A program made the translations under genes and the position numbers. Shown here piece after piece: positions 18,982-28,158 of a stretch of 64,000 nt of DNA. Below the pieces are notes generated by a model, which was not told the DNA's origin, made no database searches, and saw only the letters and a list, made by a program, of their open reading frames with translations. The stretch's first letter is position 1, and each line of letters starts with the position of its first letter. The DNA is from an uncultured Alphaproteobacteria bacterium (lineage in GTDB: Bacteria; Pseudomonadota; Alphaproteobacteria; Rs-D84): contig CALXLO010000001.1 in NCBI GenBank assembly GCA_944389235.1, positions 26,956 through 90,955 of the forward strand. The letters are read 5' to 3'.

Positions 18982-20352
18982 ATGAACAGATTTACAAAAA
19001 TAACTGCGTCCATCGGACCGAAATGTGATAACCGTGAAACATTAACTAAAATGATTCAGGCCGGGGTTAATATTTGCCGCCTGAATTTCAGTCATGATAC
19101 CGGCGATGTCCAGGGACAAAAAATTGACTTGATACGCGACATATCACATGAATTGCATACACCTGTGGCAATAATGATTGACTTGCAGGGGCCAAAGCAT
19201 CGTATTGGTAATTTTGCAACAGATGAAAAATATCATTTGCGCGCAGGTCAAAAATTTACTTTTGATTCTGACCCAACGCCTGGTGATGAAACGCGTGTAT
19301 ATTTGCCAGATTCTGATGTTATAAATTCGTTAAATGTTGGCGACCGAATTTTATTAAATGACGGTAAAATAGAAATGCGCGTAGATGCTGCGTTTCCTGA
19401 CAAAATTGTTGCCGTTGTTGCGCATGATGCTGATATTTGGTCGCGTCGTGGGTTTAACTTGCCAGATACAGAAATTGCAACATCTGTTTTGACGGACAAA
19501 GACCGTGCAGATTTAGAATATGCAATTACTAAACAGCCTGATTGGGTGGCGATTTCGTTCGTCCAGCGACCCGAAGATGTGGCCGAAGTGCGTGATTTTA
19601 TTACTGCGCGTACATCGCATCCAATAAAAATTATTGCGAAAATAGAACGGCCAAATGCGGTTGACAGAATTACCGATATCGCCGCTGCGGCTGATGGTAT
19701 AATGATTGCCCGCGGTGATTTAGCAGTAGAGGTTCCTTTTGAACAAGTCCCTGCGATTTCACGCCGTATTATTCGTGAATGTCGCAAATTAAATCGTCCG
19801 GTAATTGTTGCGACACAAATGTTGGGCAGCATGGTTGATAACGATTTTCCAACCCGTGCAGAAATCAGTGATGTTGCAAATACTGCATATTTGCGCGCAG
19901 ATTCTGCAATGACATCCGAAGAAACGACAATTGGTATGCATCCGGTTGATGTTATAAACACAATGAACAAGATTTTATCGTATGCAGATTCAGATGCGAT
20001 TGCCAATCCGTATGATTGGTCGCGTGTTGAAAATGTGCCGGAAAATGATTGGTCGCGCAGTGTTGCATCAATGGCATATTTGAACCGCGCAGCGGCAATT
20101 GTTGTGTTTGCGCGTGATGCAGATATTGCAACACAAATTGCATGTCGTAAACCAGATATCCCAATTTTGGCGGTATGCAGTGAATATGTTGTTGCAAATC
20201 ATTTATGTTTGTTGCGTGGGGTGTTTCCTGTATGTGATACCCAGTTGTTTGCCCAGCGCGACGCGTTTAATGCTGCGCGGCAATTTGGTATAAATATTGG
20301 TCGTTTGGTAATTGTTGATGAAGATAAAATCAGTCTGCGTACCATTGGGTAA
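18982..20352 (+). CDS. pyk: Pyruvate kinase
   Basis: 456 aa with TKITASIGP, ...NICRLNFSH..., ...IIAKIERP... and ...MIARGDLAVE... motifs. Confidence 0.95.
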   Translation: MNRFTKITASIGPKCDNRETLTKMIQAGVNICRLNFSHDTGDVQGQKIDLIRDISHELHTPVAIMIDLQGPKHRIGNFATDEKYHLRAGQKFTFDSDPTPGDETRVYLPDSDVINSLNVGDRILLNDGKIEMRVDAAFPDKIVAVVAHDADIWSRRGFNLPDTEIATSVLTDKDRADLEYAITKQPDWVAISFVQRPEDVAEVRDFITARTSHPIKIIAKIERPNAVDRITDIAAAADGIMIARGDLAVEVPFEQVPAISRRIIRECRKLNRPVIVATQMLGSMVDNDFPTRAEISDVANTAYLRADSAMTSEETTIGMHPVDVINTMNKILSYADSDAIANPYDWSRVENVPENDWSRSVASMAYLNRAAAIVVFARDADIATQIACRKPDIPILAVCSEYVVANHLCLLRGVFPVCDTQLFAQRDAFNAARQFGINIGRLVIVDEDKISLRTIG

Positions 20353-20374
20353 ATCAGACCGATTTTTAATGTAT

Positions 20375-20414
20375 GGCGGTGGGAAAATAGTATTGACCAC
20401 CGCCGTGTTTTTTT
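20375..20414 (+). terminator. Intrinsic terminator after pyk
   Basis: GGCGGTGG-14 nt-CCACCGCC followed by GTGTTTTTTT. Confidence 0.7.
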
Positions 20415-20432
20415 ATTAAAATTACAAACGAA

Positions 20433-21620
20433 ATGAAGCGTCTGATAAGTGTGTTTTTTGCGTGTTTCATGCTGGCGATACCTGCGTTTGGGGCGCAATA
20501 TCGGGCGGCATTGGTGGCTGATATGGATTCTGGGTTAATATTATACCAAGAACATGCCGACGACCAAAATTATCCCGCCAGTTTAACAAAAATTATGACC
20601 TTGTATCTGACATTTGATGCATTGGAACATGGGCGGCTGCATCTGGATGATTATTTAATTGTTTCAAAATCTGCGGCGGCGGCGGAACCTGTAAAACTGG
20701 GCGTTGCCGCCGGCAGTAAAATAAAGGTAGAAGATGCAATAAAGGCACTAACCGTGCTTAGTGCGAATGATGTTGCGCGCGTGTTGGCGGAAAACTTAAA
20801 GGGTGGTCGCGAAGGCAATTTTGCAGATTTAATGACACGCGTGGCTGGTGAAATTGGTTTGTCTGGGACGAATTTTGAAAATTCATCTGGACTGCCAAAT
20901 GACGACCATTTATCAACGGCGCGTGATATTGCGCTGTTGGCAATGGCGGTGTATAAGCATTTTCCACAATATTGGCACTATTTTTCTATCAAGACATGGA
21001 CATATAACGGTAAAACATATACTAATGGTAATCGTTTGTTGGGAACATATCCGGGTTGCGATGGCATGAAAACAGGATATACACGCAAATCGCGGTATTC
21101 TTTGGTGGCAACCGCAAAGCGCGATGGTCGGCATTTGATGTCTGTGGTGCTGGGCGCAGAAAGCAAGGATGTGCGCGCAAATGTTTCAACGCGTATGCTG
21201 AACAAGGGTTTTGAAATGTTGGCAACAGGGGCGACCCCAGTTGTTGTTAATTCAGATGTACCCAGTTTACCACAAAATATTAATAATAATTCTGGGGTAA
21301 AATCGTCTGGGGCGGCGGCACCAACATTTGCATCGGCATATAATGCGGCGCGTGGTGCAATTGTTCCGAAATATTCGACGGCGAATACATCTGGGAATGC
21401 GCCCGGTAATGCAGGTGTACAATTTGGTGCGTTTTCATCACGCGCATCGGCACAAAGCCAGGTTCAAAATGTCTTGAACCAAATTGGGGTTAATACAGTT
21501 ATTGAAACTGCGCCAAATGGGATGTTTCGTGTGCGGGTAAATAATTTGTCAGAATCTGCGGCACAGAATATTCGCAATCGTGCACAAAATGCTGGTATAG
21601 ACTGTTATGTTTTTCATTAA
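20433..21620 (+). CDS. D-alanyl-D-alanine carboxypeptidase (PBP5/6 class) with C-terminal SPOR domain
   Basis: Signal peptide plus the SxxK (SLTKIMT), SxN (SAND) and KTG (KTGYT) motifs. The last 70 aa or so, GVQFGAFSSRASAQSQ...MFRVRVNNLSESAAQNIRNRAQNAGIDCYVF, form a classical SPOR pattern. Confidence 0.9.
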   Translation: MKRLISVFFACFMLAIPAFGAQYRAALVADMDSGLILYQEHADDQNYPASLTKIMTLYLTFDALEHGRLHLDDYLIVSKSAAAAEPVKLGVAAGSKIKVEDAIKALTVLSANDVARVLAENLKGGREGNFADLMTRVAGEIGLSGTNFENSSGLPNDDHLSTARDIALLAMAVYKHFPQYWHYFSIKTWTYNGKTYTNGNRLLGTYPGCDGMKTGYTRKSRYSLVATAKRDGRHLMSVVLGAESKDVRANVSTRMLNKGFEMLATGATPVVVNSDVPSLPQNINNNSGVKSSGAAAPTFASAYNAARGAIVPKYSTANTSGNAPGNAGVQFGAFSSRASAQSQVQNVLNQIGVNTVIETAPNGMFRVRVNNLSESAAQNIRNRAQNAGIDCYVFH

Positions 21621-21638
21621 TTTGGTGTGATACGGGAA

Positions 21639-22238
21639 ATGAATCCAAAAATTGAACATTTAATAAAACAATTTGCGCGATTACCACGATTGGGCGCGCG
21701 TGCAGGTCAGCGCATAGTTTTGGCTTTGTTGCAAGATAATTCAGGTCGCGCAGAAAAGTTGGCAAATGCTTTGTTGGATGCGTCTGCGACAATTCGACCG
21801 TGTCCGATTTGTGGGGTTTTGACGGATGTGGCGGCACCATCGTGCGAGTTTTGTCGCGATGCGTCGCGTGCAAATGGACAATTGTGCATTGTGCGTGATT
21901 TATCTGATGTTTTGACATTGGAAAAATCTGCGGTGTTTCATGGGCGATATCATATATTGGGTGGATTATTGTCTGGTACAGCGGGCACTTTGCCAGATGA
22001 TTTACATATTACTGGATTGCCAGAACGGATAAAAATCGAAAATATTACCGAAGTTATTTTTGCTTTACCAAATACCATAGAAGGTAAAACAACACAACAC
22101 TATGTTATGTCTGTTATTGGTGATGCCAATGGTGTGCGTTTTTCAGAATTGGCATCTGGGGTGCCATTGGGTGGTGATTTAGATTATCTGGATGATGGCA
22201 CATTAACATTGGCATTTGGGGGGCGCAAAGAATTATGA
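21639..22238 (+). CDS. recR: Recombination protein RecR
   Basis: Has a helix-hairpin-helix N-terminus (LPRLGARAGQRI), a C4 zinc finger (CPICG...CEFC) and a Toprim segment. The track ORF starts at GTG 21627. Confidence 0.93.
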   Translation: MNPKIEHLIKQFARLPRLGARAGQRIVLALLQDNSGRAEKLANALLDASATIRPCPICGVLTDVAAPSCEFCRDASRANGQLCIVRDLSDVLTLEKSAVFHGRYHILGGLLSGTAGTLPDDLHITGLPERIKIENITEVIFALPNTIEGKTTQHYVMSVIGDANGVRFSELASGVPLGGDLDYLDDGTLTLAFGGRKEL

Positions 22239-23062
22239 CATGCGACAATATAAAATCTTTGCCGCCAGTATCCGAAATGATGCGCAATGTTGGATTAACA
22301 CCCAAAAAGCAGTTTGGTCAGAATTTTTTATTTGATTTGAATTTAACCGGTCGTATTGCGCGCAGTGTCCCCGATATTGAACACACTGATGTCATAGAGG
22401 TTGGACCCGGTCCTGGTGGATTAACCCGCGCGTTATTAATGGCCGGTGCGCGTCGCGTTATTGCAATTGAAAAAGATAAAACCACTGCACCAATTTTAGA
22501 TAAAATTGTGGCGGCATCTGGTGGACGCTTAGCGGTTATATATGGCGATGCATTGCGGGTTAATTTGTCTGAATATATAAACGGTGAATATGCAATATGT
22601 TCTAATTTGCCGTATAATGTTGGGACTGAATTGTTAACCCATTGGTTGATAGATGCCGCGCATGGCGCACTGATAAAATCAATGACATTAATGTTTCAAC
22701 GCGAAGTTGCTGAACGCATTGTTGCGCAATGTTCTGATAACCAATATGGGCGGTTGGCGGTATTAGTATCATTGGTTGCAGATGCACGAATATTGTTTGA
22801 TGTTCCAAATACTGCATTTGTGCCGCGTCCACGCGTACAGAGTGCGGTTGTTCAAATAATTCCGAACCGTGAAAAAATCAGCAAAATTTCAGATATTAAT
22901 CGCGTTGAAAAAATTACAGGGAAATTATTTGGTCAACGCCGCAAGATGATACGCGGTATTATACCGAATATAGATTGGTCGCAATTTGGATTGACCGGAA
23001 CAGAACGGGCTGAACAAATTGCACCTGAAACATTTGCGCAAATGGCACGCGTTTTGGTATAA
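22235..23062 (+). CDS. rsmA: 16S rRNA (adenine1518/1519-N6)-dimethyltransferase
   Basis: Has KKQFGQNFL, the SAM motif VIEVGPGPGGLT and NLPYNVGT. Its ATG overlaps the recR stop. Confidence 0.95.
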   Translation: MTCDNIKSLPPVSEMMRNVGLTPKKQFGQNFLFDLNLTGRIARSVPDIEHTDVIEVGPGPGGLTRALLMAGARRVIAIEKDKTTAPILDKIVAASGGRLAVIYGDALRVNLSEYINGEYAICSNLPYNVGTELLTHWLIDAAHGALIKSMTLMFQREVAERIVAQCSDNQYGRLAVLVSLVADARILFDVPNTAFVPRPRVQSAVVQIIPNREKISKISDINRVEKITGKLFGQRRKMIRGIIPNIDWSQFGLTGTERAEQIAPETFAQMARVLV

Positions 23063-23102
23063 TTAAATTAACAAGGGCAATCAAGGGAGAGAGGGTATAT
23101 AC

Positions 23103-24809
23103 ATGACAGCAGCCATTTTAATATTTTTTGCTATATTGTTTGTATTAATGTGTATATTGCGCATGGCCAAGATAGGTGCATTGGTTGCGTTTTTATTTGC
23201 AGGTATAATTTCTGGACCGTATGTCTTGGATTTATTTCAATTAAGTGATACTTGGACATTTTTAGGTGATTTAGGAATTCTGTTTTTATGGTTTAACATG
23301 GGGCTGGAAATTAATATGCGGCATTTATGGGGAATGCGTCGTACTATATTTGGATTTGGCGCAACCCAGGTTTTAATGGTTGCAATAATGTTATTTCCAA
23401 TATTGGCCACTGTGACCCCGTGGACTATGCTGGGGTGCATAATGGTTGCGCTGTTGTTGGCGATGTCCAGTACATCCGAAGATATCCAGTTATTAACCGA
23501 CAGAAATCAACTGAATACAAATATGGGGCGGCAAAGTTTTTCTATATTATTATTTCAAGACTTGCTGGCAATACCGCTGTTGGCAATGTTGCCGGTTTTT
23601 GCAGGGAAAAGTTTTAATCTGGGTGCCAGTGCGATAGATATTCTGGTATTGTCAATTGCATTAATTGTTGGTGTTGTGATTATTGGTCGGTTTATATTAA
23701 ACCCGATGATGCGGCTGGTCGCAAAATTAAAATCCAAAGAGGCTTTTTTACTGGCCATCATGCTGTTGATTGTTGTTTGTGCATTTGGGGCACAATTTGC
23801 CGGATTACCCGCAGGATTGGGGGCGTTCTTGGCGGGAATGTTGTTGTCGGAAACAATATATCGGCACCAGGTCAGCGCAGAAATAACCCCGTATTCAATG
23901 TTGTTCTTGGCGTTTTTCTTTATTGCGCTGGGGATGGGATTAAATATAAATTTCTTGGGTCAATATTGGTATATAGTTTTAGCGGGTGTTGTTGGTCTGG
24001 TTGTTATAAAGTTTTTAGCGATATTTATTGTTGCGCGTGTGCGTCATGTATCTGTACCAGATGCGTCTATGATTGCGCTGTTGCTGGCCCAGGGCGGCGA
24101 ATTTGGCTTATTAATGTTGCAGACGATGAAATCGTCTGGAATTGATGCACTGCCATCGGCGCACCAAGAAATATTAACAGCAATAATAATTGTATCAATT
24201 ATGCTGACACCAATATTAATGACGGTGTTTGATTTCTTGCGTCGTCGGGGCAAGATATTATCACACTATCCATTGCGTACGACCGATGACATTGAAAAAA
24301 GTGTTCGTCCGGCTGTTATAATATGCGGGTTTGGTCGTGTTGGGCGCACTGTGGCGACGATGCTGGACGCAAAGAATATACCATATATTGCGATTGATTT
24401 AGATGTTAATTCTGTAATGTTGGGGCGTGAACAAGGATATAATGTAGTATACGGTAATACATGCAGTGATGCAGTATTGCGTGATTTTGGGTTAATGCCG
24501 CGTCGTACGCGTGCGGTTGTGGTTGCGCTGGATAATGTTGCGCATGCGCGCAATACAATCTTGACAGTGCGAAATGTCGCGCCACGGGTCAAGATTTTTG
24601 CCCGTGCGCGTAATATTGCGGATTCTGAGATTTTGTTAAAAGAAGGTGCCACTGTGGCTATGCCTGAAACGATTGAATCTTCGTTCTTTTTAGGTTCTGG
24701 GGTATTGTCGCACTTGGGGGTGTCAGAAAATCAGATAAAAACATTATTAAATTCTATGCGTTCAGATAATTATTCTGGGATAAAAAAACTGGGCACAGAA
24801 AATGGATAA
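23103..24809 (+). CDS. CPA2-family monovalent cation:proton antiporter with C-terminal RCK/TrkA-N domain (KefB/KefC-like)
   Basis: 568 aa with about 12 TM segments followed by the Rossmann motif VIICGFGRVGRTVA. Confidence 0.85.
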   Translation: MTAAILIFFAILFVLMCILRMAKIGALVAFLFAGIISGPYVLDLFQLSDTWTFLGDLGILFLWFNMGLEINMRHLWGMRRTIFGFGATQVLMVAIMLFPILATVTPWTMLGCIMVALLLAMSSTSEDIQLLTDRNQLNTNMGRQSFSILLFQDLLAIPLLAMLPVFAGKSFNLGASAIDILVLSIALIVGVVIIGRFILNPMMRLVAKLKSKEAFLLAIMLLIVVCAFGAQFAGLPAGLGAFLAGMLLSETIYRHQVSAEITPYSMLFLAFFFIALGMGLNINFLGQYWYIVLAGVVGLVVIKFLAIFIVARVRHVSVPDASMIALLLAQGGEFGLLMLQTMKSSGIDALPSAHQEILTAIIIVSIMLTPILMTVFDFLRRRGKILSHYPLRTTDDIEKSVRPAVIICGFGRVGRTVATMLDAKNIPYIAIDLDVNSVMLGREQGYNVVYGNTCSDAVLRDFGLMPRRTRAVVVALDNVAHARNTILTVRNVAPRVKIFARARNIADSEILLKEGATVAMPETIESSFFLGSGVLSHLGVSENQIKTLLNSMRSDNYSGIKKLGTENG

Positions 24810-24866
24810 TGTTTTGTATTTGATTTTACCCGTCGGTATGTTATATTGCGTGAAACGGGGAATATA

Positions 24867-25412
24867 ATGCGAAATAAAATATTAAAATACTTGTCTGTTA
24901 TTTTTGGTGCAATACTGTTGGACCAATTGACCAAGGGCATTTTATTATACCTGATTACTGGTGGTGTACCGGCTTTTGGGCCGGCGTGGGAAATTGTGCC
25001 TGTGCCGTATTTGATGGCTGGGGTATGTGATTTCTTTAATATTGTGTTTACATGGAATCCGGGCGCATCGTTTTCAATGCTGCGTGATATTGGCGAAGCT
25101 GCCCCGATAGTAATGATTATTGCGACTGGTTTTATAATCGGGTTTATTGCGTATTATTTATTTGCGCGTGCCAAATCGTATGAGAGATTGCCATTAGCAT
25201 TAATTGTTGGTGGTGCGGTTGGTAATTTGATTGACCGCATTCGTTTTGGCGCAGTTATTGATTTCTTGGATTTTCATATTGGTGGGTGGCACTATCCTGC
25301 GTTTAATATTGCAGATATGTGTATTGTAATTGGCGTAATTTTATTTATATTAAATTGGTACTTGGCGCGTCGTCGTTGCCTGGATGCGTGCAAATCAGAT
25401 AAAGGAAAATAA
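24867..25412 (+). CDS. lspA: Lipoprotein signal peptidase (signal peptidase II)
   Basis: Four TM segments with conserved ...NPGASFSML... and ...GGAVGNLIDRIRFGAVIDFLDF...FNIAD. The track ORF starts at TTG 24846. Confidence 0.92.
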   Translation: MRNKILKYLSVIFGAILLDQLTKGILLYLITGGVPAFGPAWEIVPVPYLMAGVCDFFNIVFTWNPGASFSMLRDIGEAAPIVMIIATGFIIGFIAYYLFARAKSYERLPLALIVGGAVGNLIDRIRFGAVIDFLDFHIGGWHYPAFNIADMCIVIGVILFILNWYLARRRCLDACKSDKGK

Positions 25413-25415
25413 CAA

Positions 25416-26996
25416 ATGGTAAAATATATGGATAATAATTCCGGATTCCGGCAATGGAACGCTGCGCGTGATGCAGCCCAGCCAAAATCGCGTTGGGGCG
25501 GTATTTTATGGTGGTTTATATTATTTTTGGCATCTTGGTGGTTGCTGTCATGGTGGCTGGCACCGACAACCCCTGCAACCAGCGATACTAATTCTGTTGC
25601 AACAGAACATGCAGATTTAACAAATGTTCCGGTCTATGAAATAAAGTCAGATAATTTAACAGCAGATGTCCAAGGTTTGCGTATATCAAACATAGAACTG
25701 TTGAAATACGCGGCGGACCCATCTGATAAAGAAAATACTGCCCCCATCACATTGTTGGGAACTGATGGTGCATTTGCAGAAATTGGAATGGTTGCTGTTG
25801 GAACGACTGCACCGACGGCTGAAACAGTTTGGCGCGTCAATGGCGATGAATATAATTGGCGCAATCCAGACGGCATAGAATTTACGCGTAAAATTACAAC
25901 AGATGGTTATATCATATCTGTTGCAGATACTGTGCATAACGCGTCTGATTCAGAAATTACTGTTGCGCCATACGGTCGCATAGTTCGTGCAAACGATATG
26001 GCATCGTCGGCGGGTGTATATTCTGGGTCTGTGGCGTTTGTTAATTCTGACCTGGAACACGAAGATTGGGCACGCTTGGCAGATAATAAATCGTTTGCAT
26101 ATACAACCTCTGGCGGTTTTGTTGGTTTTGTTGACCAATATTGGGAAACAATTTTGTCTGTGGACAGTGCAGACCAAACCATGCGCATAAAACCGCTGGG
26201 GACATTATTCCAGGCAGATACCGCCGCCGCGGCGATATCTGTGGCACCAGGCGCAGAACATACAATAACAACAAATTTATATATGGGACCGCGCGACCAG
26301 CAGATTTTATCTGGGGCAGATGCGGTAATACCTGGTCTGGATGAAACAGTTGATTATGGTTGGTTCTGGTTCTTTGTCCAGCCGATTTTGTGGTTGCTGA
26401 ACATACTTAATTCATTTGTTATGAATTATGGTGTGGCAATAATTATAATGACATTATTATTGCGCTTGGCAATGTGGCCATTGACGCGTAAATCGTATGT
26501 GTCAATGATGGCAATGCAAAAGATGCAGCCTGAAATGATGCGTATTCAAAAATTGTATGCTAATGATAAAGCACGCCTGCAAATAGAAATGATGCGTCTG
26601 TATCAAACGCACAAGACTTCGCCAATGTCTGGATGTTTGCCAATGTTAATCCAGATTCCGATTTTCTTTGCGTTGTACAAAGCGTTGCTGATATCTGTTC
26701 AAATGCGCAGTGCACAATTTTTATGGATATCTGATTTGGCATCAATGGACCCATATTTTATATTACCGATATTAATGGGTGCGACAATGTGGCTGCAACA
26801 GTATTTACAGACACCAAGCACCGCCGGAACATCAAATAATGATGCCGTGGCCCAGACCCAGAAAGTAATGAAATGGATGCCGTTGATATTTACAGTAATG
26901 TTTGCATGGATGCCTGCCGGATTGGTTTTGTACTGGACAATTTCAAATATCTTTGGCATTGGACAAATGTATTATATCAAACGGTTAAAGAAATAA
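25416..26996 (+). CDS. yidC: Membrane protein insertase YidC
   Basis: 526 aa with an N-terminal TM, a large periplasmic domain and the conserved C-terminal core (...GVAIIIMTLLLRLAMWPLT...GCLPMLIQIPIFFALY...). Confidence 0.95.
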   Translation: MVKYMDNNSGFRQWNAARDAAQPKSRWGGILWWFILFLASWWLLSWWLAPTTPATSDTNSVATEHADLTNVPVYEIKSDNLTADVQGLRISNIELLKYAADPSDKENTAPITLLGTDGAFAEIGMVAVGTTAPTAETVWRVNGDEYNWRNPDGIEFTRKITTDGYIISVADTVHNASDSEITVAPYGRIVRANDMASSAGVYSGSVAFVNSDLEHEDWARLADNKSFAYTTSGGFVGFVDQYWETILSVDSADQTMRIKPLGTLFQADTAAAAISVAPGAEHTITTNLYMGPRDQQILSGADAVIPGLDETVDYGWFWFFVQPILWLLNILNSFVMNYGVAIIIMTLLLRLAMWPLTRKSYVSMMAMQKMQPEMMRIQKLYANDKARLQIEMMRLYQTHKTSPMSGCLPMLIQIPIFFALYKALLISVQMRSAQFLWISDLASMDPYFILPILMGATMWLQQYLQTPSTAGTSNNDAVAQTQKVMKWMPLIFTVMFAWMPAGLVLYWTISNIFGIGQMYYIKRLKK

Positions 26997-27000
26997 ACGA

Positions 27001-27024
27001 CACCGGCAAATGCCGGTGTTTTTT
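27001..27024. terminator. Intrinsic terminator after yidC
   Basis: CACCGGCA-aa-TGCCGGTG followed by TTTTTT. The 23-nt core is identical to the hairpin at 52784-52806. Confidence 0.75.
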
Positions 27025-27072
27025 ATAAAAAACTAACAGGGGTGAACAAGATAGTTAAATATAATATTATTG

Positions 27073-27459
27073 TCAGACTGTTTGACCATTCGGCGCATTA
27101 AATTGTGCGGATGATGTGCGTAATTTTTTATACATTTGTCTGGGGGTAATTATATACGGTGCACGAATATTGACGGCAATTTTGCACAGTGTAACACATG
27201 ATGCCGCGTAATATGCGCGGCGCATAAAATCGTGCGGGATTTTACGGTTTATTTTTATAAATATCCACCCGTGTGCACTCAGCAGCCGGATTGTTCGTGG
27301 GGTCAGTGAAATTTGTGCAATATATTTACGCCGGACAAATTGATACATTATATAATGTTCATCAGATACGCATATAATCGGCGCACAGTGTCGGGGCGCA
27401 CGGCATAATAGCTGTGGCAGTTTTTTTGATGTATTTGGTGCAAATGCAATAATTATCAT
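27073..27459 (-). CDS. Hypothetical protein
   Basis: 128-aa basic ORF with AGGA 9 nt upstream of the ATG. I recognise no motif. Confidence 0.45.
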   Translation of the reverse strand: MIIIAFAPNTSKKLPQLLCRAPRHCAPIICVSDEHYIMYQFVRRKYIAQISLTPRTIRLLSAHGWIFIKINRKIPHDFMRRAYYAASCVTLCKIAVNIRAPYIITPRQMYKKLRTSSAQFNAPNGQTV

Positions 27460-27472
27460 TGTGGTTTATCCT

Positions 27473-27482
27473 GGGGGGGGGG
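27473..27482. repeat. G10 (C10 on the coding strand) homopolymer tract
   Basis: Ten consecutive G residues counted directly. The tract abuts the AGGA RBS of the 27459 ORF and follows the upstream gene's terminator. Confidence 0.95.
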
Positions 27483-27487
27483 TAATA

Positions 27488-27508
27488 AAACGGGGCAGTG
27501 CCCCGTTT
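27488..27508 (-). terminator. Intrinsic terminator or attenuator after the 115-aa ORF
   Basis: On the minus strand: AAACGGGGC-act-GCCCCGTTT followed by TATTA, then C10. Confidence 0.55.
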
Positions 27509-27509
27509 G

Positions 27510-27857
27510 TTATTCAATCCATCCGTTTTCTTTGGCTGCGTTGCCAATAATTTCCATTGCGCTGTGCCACAATGCAGCATCATGGTTTTCTGACCATATA
27601 TATTGATGTGGGGCGCGCCGCCGGTCGCCGTATTTTTTCATAACAGATAATTGGGCATCTGATAATCGTCCGGCCAGATACAGTTTAGTAATTAATGTTT
27701 CAACATCCAGCAATTCGCACACGCGTCGGGTTGCCGCATTGCGTATGCGTGAAAATCCATTTTGAACAGATTTTGAATACAAAAACCAGAACCACAGTTG
27801 TTCAGCACTTTGGAACTTTTCTGCTGGATATATGATTTGTGTATTTTGTGATGTCAT
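27510..27857 (-). CDS. Hypothetical protein (possible helix-turn-helix C-terminal half)
   Basis: 115-aa ORF with a strong AAGGAG RBS 8 nt upstream. The segment ...LYLAGRLSDAQLSVMKKYG... is reminiscent of sigma-70 region-4/LuxR-type HTHs, but the similarity is weak. Confidence 0.6.
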   Translation of the reverse strand: MTSQNTQIIYPAEKFQSAEQLWFWFLYSKSVQNGFSRIRNAATRRVCELLDVETLITKLYLAGRLSDAQLSVMKKYGDRRRAPHQYIWSENHDAALWHSAMEIIGNAAKENGWIE

Positions 27858-28030
27858 GTACTTTTTCTCCTTTTTATATTTGTATCTGTTTTATCTGAAT
27901 GGATATATATACCAAGAATTGCAATCTGTAAAAGATTACAACCCATGGTTGAAATACGAATCAGTTTTCCGATTCATTTATCGTTTTTGTTTTATTGTGC
28001 CCGAATCGCAAAAATATGTTTTTTCGGGTA

Positions 28031-28058
28031 AAAATAAAAACGCGCGCAATATGCGCGC
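28031..28058 (-). terminator. Second intrinsic terminator downstream of virB10
   Basis: GCGCGCA-ata-TGCGCGC hairpin, followed on the minus strand by GTTTTTATTTT. Confidence 0.45.
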
Positions 28059-28125
28059 AAAAAAGTATATCAAGATTATAGTTTAGTATATAGTGTACAC
28101 TCCCTTGGTTTTTCAATACCTGGTT

Positions 28126-28157
28126 AAAAACAAACCCGCCATTTTGGCGGGTTTGTT
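28126..28157 (-). terminator. Intrinsic terminator immediately after virB10
   Basis: On the minus strand: AACAAACCCGCC-aaaat-GGCGGGTTTGTT followed by TTTAACC. It starts 2 nt after the stop codon. Confidence 0.75.
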
Positions 28158-28158
28158 A

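Noticed and set aside
19248-20006. 252-aa minus-strand ORF within pyk. Analogous long antisense ORFs lie in plsX (45421-46041), yidC, pyrG, rpoB, rpoC (for example 44446-44997) and the autotransporter.
   Set aside because: Each is fully nested antisense to a gene with unmistakable conserved motifs. Their translations are Ser/Ile/Ala-rich mirror images without recognisable domains.
27832-28086. 84-aa plus-strand ORF in the spacer between the 115-aa gene and virB10.
   Set aside because: It overlaps the RBS and start of the well-supported minus-strand ORF and two minus-strand terminators. Its composition is AT-rich and Phe/Tyr/Ile-rich, and it has no RBS.
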